Source: Bdellovibrionota bacterium (GTDB lineage Bacteria > Bdellovibrionota_G > JALEGL01 > DATDPG01). Taken from it: a DNA stretch of 64,000 nt. Position 1 is the first letter of the stretch; each line of letters starts with the position of its first letter. Shown one piece after another: positions 54,731 through 64,000 of this stretch. The position numbers and the translations under genes are program-made. The notes beneath the pieces were generated by a model. That model searched no databases and had not been told where the DNA came from. It worked only from the letters and a program-made list of their open reading frames with translations. The DNA is taken from assembly GCA_963668355.1 (NCBI GenBank), contig OY764265.1, positions 2,528,001 through 2,592,000 on the forward strand. The letters are read 5' to 3'.

Positions 54731-56050
54731 TTATAGGACCTTCTTCGCAACCTTTCTCACAAAATCGACAGTAAGGTCTACGTATTCTTTTCTAAAATCC
54801 AAATGAGGCCTCATTCTCAAAGATTTTTCTCCGCAAGGGAGGATGATGGCGCCCTGGGAATACAAATTTTCTTGTAACTGGTTTCGAACTTTCCCATCGG
54901 GTAGGTCAAAAGCGATCATGAGGCCGCGCCCCCTGACGTTGGAAATGGAATCAAACTCTTTTTCCAGAGCTTGAAGCTGTTGGAGAAAGTAACTTCCAAC
55001 TTGAGCTGCGTTCTGAACCAACTGATCCTCTTCAATGATCTTGATGAACTGGGTGCACCGAATCATGTCCAGGAGATTTCCTCCCCAGGTTGAATTAATT
55101 CGGCTGGATTCATGAAAGACATTGTCTTTGACGTCATCCAATCGGGGGCCTGCCGCGCAGCCAGCAATCTGAGCCTTTTTGCCGAAAGACATGAGATCTG
55201 GTTTGACGTCAAAGTGTTCCCAAGCCCAGACCTTTCCGGTTAAACCCATTCCGGTTTGAACTTCGTCGAAAATCAAAAGGAACTCATGTTCATCGGCCAT
55301 TTCACGAAGTTTCTTCAAAAATTCCGGACGGAAATGATTGTCTCCTCCCTCGGATTGAATAGGTTCAATGAGGAGTCCGGCGATGTCATGGGGGTGCTCC
55401 TTAAGCGCCTTCTCGATCTCTTCCACTGCTTGTTGCTCCAGTTTCTGAGCTTCCTCGAGATGGGTCTGGTTCAACGGAAATCGGACTTTTGGATTGGTGA
55501 TTCGCGGCCACGGGAATTTCGCGAAATACATATGTTTTCGCGGGTCATCGGTATTGGTCAACGAAAGGGTGTAACCGGTTCGGCCATGGAAGGCTTGTTT
55601 GAAATGGATGATTTGTTTTCCGAGTTCTCCACGCCCGGCAGCCAGGTTTTTTCGAACTTTCCAATCGAAAGCCGCTTTTAAGGCATTTTCCACGCCCAGG
55701 GCTCCGCCTTCCACAAAGAAAAAGTATTTAAAATGATCGCGCTTTGCGAATTGGGCAAAGCGTTCGACGAATTCGGCGAATTCTTGTGTGTAGACATCGG
55801 AAAGGGAGGGGCGATCTGTGGCCCATTTGGCCATTTTTCCCAAATAGCTTTCGTCTTTCAGTTTGGGATGGTTGTAGGCAAGGGGGCGAGAGGCAAAAAA
55901 GGAGAATAGGTCCAAATATTCTTTTCCGGAGCGAGCATCATGAATGTAAGGCCCATGACTTTTTTCAGGATCAAACACCAGGTCCATTCCATCTGCAAGC
56001 ATGTGCTGGCCAAGTCGTTCATGTAGGTTTTGTGAAGTAATTTCAGTCAT
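54731..56050 (-). CDS. lat: L-lysine 6-transaminase (class III PLP aminotransferase)
   Basis: HMLADGMDLVFD, GALGVENALKAAFDWK, IEPIQSEGGDNHF, FDEVQTG, SFGKK, SRINSTWGG. Confidence 0.92.
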   Translation of the reverse strand: MTEITSQNLHERLGQHMLADGMDLVFDPEKSHGPYIHDARSGKEYLDLFSFFASRPLAYNHPKLKDESYLGKMAKWATDRPSLSDVYTQEFAEFVERFAQFAKRDHFKYFFFVEGGALGVENALKAAFDWKVRKNLAAGRGELGKQIIHFKQAFHGRTGYTLSLTNTDDPRKHMYFAKFPWPRITNPKVRFPLNQTHLEEAQKLEQQAVEEIEKALKEHPHDIAGLLIEPIQSEGGDNHFRPEFLKKLREMADEHEFLLIFDEVQTGMGLTGKVWAWEHFDVKPDLMSFGKKAQIAGCAAGPRLDDVKDNVFHESSRINSTWGGNLLDMIRCTQFIKIIEEDQLVQNAAQVGSYFLQQLQALEKEFDSISNVRGRGLMIAFDLPDGKVRNQLQENLYSQGAIILPCGEKSLRMRPHLDFRKEYVDLTVDFVRKVAKKVL

Positions 56051-56110
56051 TTGCGTCCCCTTTCTTGCGTTCGGCGTGGACTATACCATCGGTTGAATCA
56101 TCGTCAATGA

Positions 56111-58742
<2,632 letters not shown>

Positions 58743-58746
<4 letters not shown>

Positions 58747-59648
58747 TTTTGAAACATTTCGCGAAGAGACGTGATGGGGCACTCTTCTCGGTTTTTTTCG
58801 GAGTAGAAGAAACGACGTAAACCACAAATGGTTGCCCATTTCGGATGACCAATCGCGATCACCGTTTCGCCCTTGGAGCGGCGTTGACATCCTTGTTTGA
58901 TTCGGTCTTGAGCCAGTTCAAGGTCCGCCCGATGCAACTTAAAAAATGTATCGCAGGTTTTTTGGATGTCGGGTGAAGCCGGATTCTCCGAAGAAGGAAC
59001 CCAGGCAAAATCTGAGAGGTAATCGATCTGATCGTCTAGCCAAAGATTTTGGCTCAGGACGCGGATGCGGGGACAAATGCCATTTATTTGGCAAAGCTCA
59101 CTCGCCAATATCTTTTTTCCTTCCGGCGTTCGGCACCGATTTCCACCGGGCACGGTCCCGCTATCGAGAAAGTTTAACCCTAAGGAATTCATTTCTTCCA
59201 AAAAATTCTCCATCCAAGGGGAGTCGGACGTGCAAAGACTTCCCTGGTGATTATTTAGACCGATGGCGTTGGGAAGTTGATCCAACGCTTCCAAAAGAAG
59301 GTTGCGAATTTCTTTGCGATCCATCGTGACGGCCAACCGTTTTTCTCCGGGCTTGCGGCGAATGGTAAACGCCTCCATCGGAAAGTGGATGAGATAGTCC
59401 ACATCCCTTTGATCCAATTCCTGCCCCACGCGGCGAGTTTCCGGAAGGTTTGGCATGATCGCATAAGAAATCGGAACATCTCTTTCATTCAGAACCAGGA
59501 GGGGAGCAATCCGTTGGGGAAAGCGATAACCATAGGCCGCCAGGTCGTCGATCACGATTGCATACGTGCCTTCTTCCGCCTGGAGGCCGGAAGAAGTCGC
59601 CAGGAGGCCGAAAGCCAATATGAAGGAGAATTTCCGAAGGTTCAACAT
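58743..59648 (-). CDS. Divergent polysaccharide deacetylase family protein (YibQ-like)
   Basis: AIVIDDL, IHFPME, GLNNHQGS, FLDSGT, IAIGHP. Confidence 0.88.
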
Positions 59649-59663
59649 CGTGATTTTCTAAAA

Positions 59664-59678
59664 GCAAGGCTTATGCCA
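59664..59678 (-). promoter_or_regulatory. Sigma-54 promoter
   Basis: Minus strand TGGCATAAGCCTTGC upstream of the deacetylase gene. Confidence 0.55.
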
Positions 59679-59785
59679 CAGCAATATGCAATAAGTCTAG
59701 GGGGTTAAGGTCTTTTTTTAGAGCGAGATTGAGGCATTGTGACGTCGGTTTCCTATCAAAAGTGAACGTTTCACTTTTGATAGGT

Positions 59786-60901
59786 CTAGGGATGGAGGCC
59801 CGTTTTTTGGGCTTTTTGGAGATGCTTGAGAAACTCCTCGGGGGGAACAAATCCTACGAATGTAAGACTTTTCTCGATATAGCCACTCGGGCGCAGAAAG
59901 AGAACCGTGGGCATTCCCAGAACTCCGTATTTTTCCAAGAGGCGTTGGCTGTTTTCCCCGGTCATGTCCGACACATCCAATTTTAACCTTATATAATGTT
60001 GCCGGAGCCAAGCTTCCACCTTTGGGTTTGAGTAGGTCTCCTTATCCAATTCATTGCAGGCCTCGCACCAAGCGGCCCAGAAATCGACCAAAACCGGCTT
60101 ATCCTGCTCTCGCGCCAGCCTCAACGCGTCCGTTTCTGAGTAAATCCAAAGGGATTCGGAAGTATCTCCGGAAACCGTAGGAGAGTGGGGCTCAGGAGGC
60201 CATAAACCCACCCAAAGGGGTTTGGCAAAAAAGAATGCGGCCAGGATCATCGCGACTCCACAAAGGCGTTTGACCCAATGGAGCCAGACTCCCGATTTCG
60301 GAATGCGCGTGAGAAGCTGAGAAAACGTTCCCAAGAGGAGAAAAGGTGTGCCCATTCCCAGGCTGTAAGCAAAGAGAATCCAGAATCCCCAAAGCAAATT
60401 TCCCCCTTGAGCCACAACGGCCAGGATGCCAATGGAAACAGGTCCAGAACAAGGCGCGGCCAATACGCCAGAAGCCATTCCCATTCCGATCACCCCCCAA
60501 GGTCCTTGGCCACCGCGCTTGGAAAGCCAGGTCATGAAAGAACTCGGAAGGGTGAGATTGAATAGACCGAGCATCCCCAGTCCCAAAACCAAGAAAAGAA
60601 GCGAAATGGATCCGACGACGGCCGGATGCTGTCCCCAGCTTCCAGCCACCTTTCCTGTGGAAGCCGCCAAAACGCCTAAAACCGTATAAACGAGAGAAAT
60701 GCCCAGTACAAACAGCAAAGAAAGTCCGAAGGCACCCCAACGCGTTTTGGTTTTTTGGGCCCCCATAACGCCGAGGGTGATGGGAATGAGTGGGTATACG
60801 CAAGGAGTGAGCGCAATAGCCAATCCACCGACATAAGCAAGCGCCAAGGACCATCCAAAACCCTGATTGAGCCATTCAGCAGGTGAAGTCATTTCAAACA
60901 T
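59786..60901 (-). CDS. DsbD-like thiol:disulfide interchange protein (TM plus thioredoxin domains, no N-terminal Ig domain)
   Basis: LTPCVYPLIP, APCSGP, PKSGVWL, VDFWAAWCEAC. Confidence 0.9.
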   Translation of the reverse strand: MFEMTSPAEWLNQGFGWSLALAYVGGLAIALTPCVYPLIPITLGVMGAQKTKTRWGAFGLSLLFVLGISLVYTVLGVLAASTGKVAGSWGQHPAVVGSISLLFLVLGLGMLGLFNLTLPSSFMTWLSKRGGQGPWGVIGMGMASGVLAAPCSGPVSIGILAVVAQGGNLLWGFWILFAYSLGMGTPFLLLGTFSQLLTRIPKSGVWLHWVKRLCGVAMILAAFFFAKPLWVGLWPPEPHSPTVSGDTSESLWIYSETDALRLAREQDKPVLVDFWAAWCEACNELDKETYSNPKVEAWLRQHYIRLKLDVSDMTGENSQRLLEKYGVLGMPTVLFLRPSGYIEKSLTFVGFVPPEEFLKHLQKAQKTGLHP

Positions 60902-60919
60902 CGAACCCTCCCATCATGC

Positions 60920-61300
60920 AGTTTTTCTCCCCTTCCGTAAAGTGGGGGAAGGAAGGTCGGCTGTTCCGCTCAGTTGCGATACCTCGGGGGAGGGAACCTC
61001 CCCCCCAAAAAGCTTCGCTTTTCGGCTCCCCCCCACACGCAACCAAATCGGAACAGCCGACCTTCCTTCCTGTTCTTTTTTAAACCTGCTCAAAATCGGG
61101 AAACCCAGCCCGCCTTTCCGTACAAGGGCGTGATGAAGCCTCGTTCTCGATGCAAAAAGGAAACGGGGCTGAATCCTGAACCGAAGCGTCCCTTGGTAGG
61201 GAAGGGGGTTTTATTTCCCGATGGGCTCACGTAGCAAGTCGAGGTATCGCCGTCATCCGAAAACCACCGCCTTCCCCGCCCTACACCCGTCGCGAAAAAG
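60920..61300 (-). other. Highly structured intergenic region (candidate ncRNA/leader or MITE-REPIN-like composite)
   Basis: Perfect 22-bp IR at 60947-60968/61049-61070; long imperfect hairpin at ~61097-61220; 11-nt long-range complement at 60976-60986/61240-61250. Confidence 0.5.
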
Positions 61301-61430
61301 CAAAATTGGGGGGTCCCAAAAGGCTAAGGGTCTGGAATTTTTCAATAAAAACACTTGCGCGCCTCAACCCTTTGGATCTATTATATAAATTGGATTAACG
61401 GTTCATTCCTGAATCAATTCGGAGGCTTGA

Positions 61431-61715
61431 ATGGCTTATACAAAGGCGAGCATAATCGACGCGATCTGCGAAAAAATTGGGCTCCCAAAAAAGGATTCGA
61501 CTGAAATTGTTGAGCTTTTATTCGACACCATGAAAAACACGTTGGAAAAAGGCTCCAACTTGAAAATTTCCGGTTTCGGATCGTTCACGGTTCGTGAGAA
61601 AAAAGCCAGACTCGGTCGAAATCCTCAAACGGGAAATTCGATGGAAATTACGGCTCGTAGGGTTGTGACCTTCAAACCAAGTCAAGTACTAAGAGACGCC
61701 TTGAATACCGATTAA
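61431..61715 (+). CDS. ihfA: Integration host factor subunit alpha
   Basis: TKASII, LKISGFGSF, RLGRNPQTG, ITARRVVTFKPSQVL. Confidence 0.9.
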   Translation: MAYTKASIIDAICEKIGLPKKDSTEIVELLFDTMKNTLEKGSNLKISGFGSFTVREKKARLGRNPQTGNSMEITARRVVTFKPSQVLRDALNTD

Positions 61716-61767
61716 TTTTCTGAACTGTTTCAAACGGTTAAAGAAATTTTTTGGAAAAGGCCTCGGT

Positions 61768-62148
61768 CTATACTTCTTTTGTAACAAAGTGGCGGATGAT
61801 CTCAGCCTCATTGACCGATAAATCTACAAAAGTTAATCCCATTCCAGGTTCTTCTTTGTTTTTTCCTAAATAATTCCGTGCCCATACGATCTTTGCCCGA
61901 CAAGAAATTTCTTCATCTTTCGGAGGCAAGGTAAACCGAACATGAACTTCTTGGCCGGGTTCTTTGGGGTTCGGTGTTTGAATGAACATTCCTGTTGGGC
62001 TTAAATTTCTGGCGTATCCGAAAAAAACATCCCCCTCCATGGCCGCTTTAACGCGAAGGACTCGTAGAGGAATACGCAGTTCTTTTCGCTTTTCCACATC
62101 GGAATGAGAGGTCGTGGGGGCTGGAATTTTAATTTTCGTTGGCGACAT
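61768..62148 (-). CDS. Stand-alone PilZ-domain protein
   Basis: EKRKELR (RxxxR) and NLSPTGMFI (N/DxSxxG); GMGLTF. Confidence 0.88.
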   Translation of the reverse strand: MSPTKIKIPAPTTSHSDVEKRKELRIPLRVLRVKAAMEGDVFFGYARNLSPTGMFIQTPNPKEPGQEVHVRFTLPPKDEEISCRAKIVWARNYLGKNKEEPGMGLTFVDLSVNEAEIIRHFVTKEV

Positions 62149-62313
62149 TGCGTTCCCTCCGGGATTGACGCATCTTACAAAAATTCACCGTTAAAACCTA
62201 GTTCATATTGTGTGCGGATCACCGGTTTTCCCAGATCTGAGCCAAATTGAAAACTTGTGGAATTTCTTGGGGTTTTCTATATAAACGCACGCCGAAAACC
62301 GGACGAAAACATC

Positions 62314-62703
62314 ATGCTTTTTAATTATGCGAACGTAATCATATTTCTTTCTTTTGCTGTCCTCTTCGTGGTTGGTAGCTTGGTTGTGGTTAAGCTGATT
62401 GCTCCCAACAAACCTTCCAAGGAAAAGGCACTTCCATATGAATGTGGCGAAGAACCCATTGGGAGTTCAAAAATTCGATTCAATTCCCGATATTTTGTTT
62501 TTGCACTTCTTTTCCTGGTCTTTGATGTGGAAATTGCCTTTCTCTACCCAACGGCCGTGGTTTTTCGGAAATGGGTCGAAAACGGATTGGGCTGGATCGC
62601 CTTTTTGGAAATAACCATTTTTCTTCTAATTTTAATGGTGGGGTTGATTTATGCCTGGGCAAGAGGTGATTTGGAGTGGGTTCGATCGGTTCGAAAGGAC
62701 TGA
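62314..62703 (+). CDS. nuoA: NADH-quinone oxidoreductase subunit A
   Basis: PYECGEEP, FLVFDVE, YAWARGDLEW. Confidence 0.95.
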   Translation: MLFNYANVIIFLSFAVLFVVGSLVVVKLIAPNKPSKEKALPYECGEEPIGSSKIRFNSRYFVFALLFLVFDVEIAFLYPTAVVFRKWVENGLGWIAFLEITIFLLILMVGLIYAWARGDLEWVRSVRKD

Positions 62704-62718
62704 TAAGGAGACTGATTC

Positions 62719-63258
62719 ATGAGTTGTCATGTTGAGACCATTTTCGAACGTTTGAAAAAAGCTTTTGGGGAATCCGTTCTTGAACTTCAGACCGAAGGAC
62801 AAAAACCTTGGATTCTTGTGAAAGCCGAACATTTGTTGGGAATCACCCAATTCTTGAGGGACGATCCAGATCTGCGTTTCGATTTTTTAAGAAATTTGTC
62901 TGCTGTGGATTATCACGAAGAGTTCGAGTTGGTTTATCTTTTGTTCTCATACAGCCAACGCCACGAAGTCACCATAAAGGTTCGATTGCCCAGAGAAGAG
63001 GCAAAGGTTGCCAGTGTTGAGGAAATTTGGCCAGCGGCTGGCTGGTACGAGAGGGAAGCTTTTGACCTTATGGGAATTGAGTTCGAAGGAAATCACGATC
63101 TTCGAAGATTGTTCATGCCCGATGATTGGGAAGGTCATCCTCTGAGAAAAGATTATCGGGAAAAAGGCGAATATCACGGAGTGAGTACGACTCGCGAGTA
63201 CGAAACGGGCATGCCCGTTCTACCAACCTTGGCTCCATCTCCAAAGGAAGAAAGGTAA
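62719..63258 (+). CDS. nuoC: NADH-quinone oxidoreductase subunit C
   Basis: [28 protein letters not shown]. Confidence 0.95.
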   Translation: MSCHVETIFERLKKAFGESVLELQTEGQKPWILVKAEHLLGITQFLRDDPDLRFDFLRNLSAVDYHEEFELVYLLFSYSQRHEVTIKVRLPREEAKVASVEEIWPAAGWYEREAFDLMGIEFEGNHDLRRLFMPDDWEGHPLRKDYREKGEYHGVSTTREYETGMPVLPTLAPSPKEER

Positions 63259-63262
63259 GGTC

Positions 63263-64000
63263 ATGACACCCATCAAACCGAGAGATCCGGAAGACCTTTC
63301 CCACCTCATAGAAGAGGAGATGGAAATCAATATGGGGCCGCAACACCCTTCGACCCATGGTGTGTTGAGGTTTCGGGTTTTTACAGACGGGGAAATCATT
63401 CGGAAGGCCATTCCTGAAGTCGGGTATCTCCACCGAGGAATCGAAAAAATTGGGGAAATGATCGAATACCCAGGATTCATGCCCTACACCGATCGTGTGG
63501 ATTATGTCTCGGCCATGACAGCGAATCACGCTTATGCTCGAGCCGTCGAGGTTTTGTTGGGCACTGAAGTTCCCGAAAGAGCACACTACTTAAGAGTAAT
63601 CGCGGATGAATTGTGTCGCATGGCTAGCCATTTAGTGGCCGTGGGATGTTATCCAATGGATATTGGCGCCATTACGCCCTTTGTGCACGCGTTACGGGAA
63701 CGGGAAAAGATCAACGATTTGATCGAAGAGCTTTGTGGAGCGCGACTGACATATAATTATGTTCGAATTGGCGGCGTCTCTTTCGATATGCCCGAGGGAT
63801 GGAAAGAAAAAGTCATCGCTTTTTTGGATCAATTTACGCCGCTCATGGAAGAGTTTGATCAACTCATTACGGGGAATCGGATTTTCAAAGATCGTTTGGC
63901 GAACCAATGTGTTGTTACCAAGGAAGATGCGATTGCATACGGGCTGGTGGGGCCGAATTTGAGAGCTTCCGGAGTGAAGTGGGACTTACGAAAAGAAGAT
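63263..64000 (+). CDS. nuoD: NADH-quinone oxidoreductase subunit D (3'-truncated by the window; absent from the ORF track)
   Basis: ATG at 63263; [40 protein letters not shown]. Confidence 0.95.
   Translation, partial: MTPIKPRDPEDLSHLIEEEMEINMGPQHPSTHGVLRFRVFTDGEIIRKAIPEVGYLHRGIEKIGEMIEYPGFMPYTDRVDYVSAMTANHAYARAVEVLLGTEVPERAHYLRVIADELCRMASHLVAVGCYPMDIGAITPFVHALREREKINDLIEELCGARLTYNYVRIGGVSFDMPEGWKEKVIAFLDQFTPLMEEFDQLITGNRIFKDRLANQCVVTKEDAIAYGLVGPNLRASGVKWDLRKED

Noticed and set aside
60867..61234. Short ORFs, or RNase P / tmRNA / SRP identity, for the structured intergenic region
   Set aside because: The ORFs are low-complexity products of G/C tracts. Hallmarks (GAGGAAAGTCC, tRNA-like tmRNA ends, the SRP GGAA-loop domain) were not found on either strand.

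Overview
Bacterial chromosomal window. Gene content (sigma-54-type promoters, DUF4388 and PilZ proteins, many lipoproteins, group-3-like mrp cluster) suggests a Bdellovibrionota/Deltaproteobacteria-like organism; this is inference only. Positions 1677-9064 are a ~7.4 kb satellite-like integrative element. It encodes a P4/D5-type primase-helicase, a small coupled ORF, a large serine recombinase, a TerS-like HTH protein, a Zn-finger protein and a secreted cargo protein. It is inserted at the CCA end of tRNA-Ala(CGC) and bounded by a TGGTGGA core. Most notable observation: the att core lies inside the recombinase reading frame. The integrated gene stops in the tRNA (...KEKWWS*). Circularisation would fuse it in frame to a cryptic 27-codon tail at the other end of the element, ending ...NVNEITVLLAA*, which resembles an ssrA/ClpXP degron. 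This suggests an integration-state-controlled proteolysis switch on the integrase itself. A family of ~100-108 bp structured tandem repeats follows tRNA-Thr and, before integration, tRNA-Ala, which independently supports the att assignment. The rest is mostly core or envelope genes: SLT, invasin/FG-GAP and beta-propeller lipoproteins, ppdK, smc, apt, tRNA-Arg, a TPR-cNMP/C45/DUF4388 cluster, a giant M30-like pseudo-protease lipoprotein, mce, speAB, an M16 pair, OmpA, dgt, mrp plus lat, ligA, dsbD-like, ihfA, PilZ and nuoA/C/D. There is also a highly structured ~400-nt intergenic region before the dsbD-like gene. All product calls come from motif recognition by eye; no searches were run.
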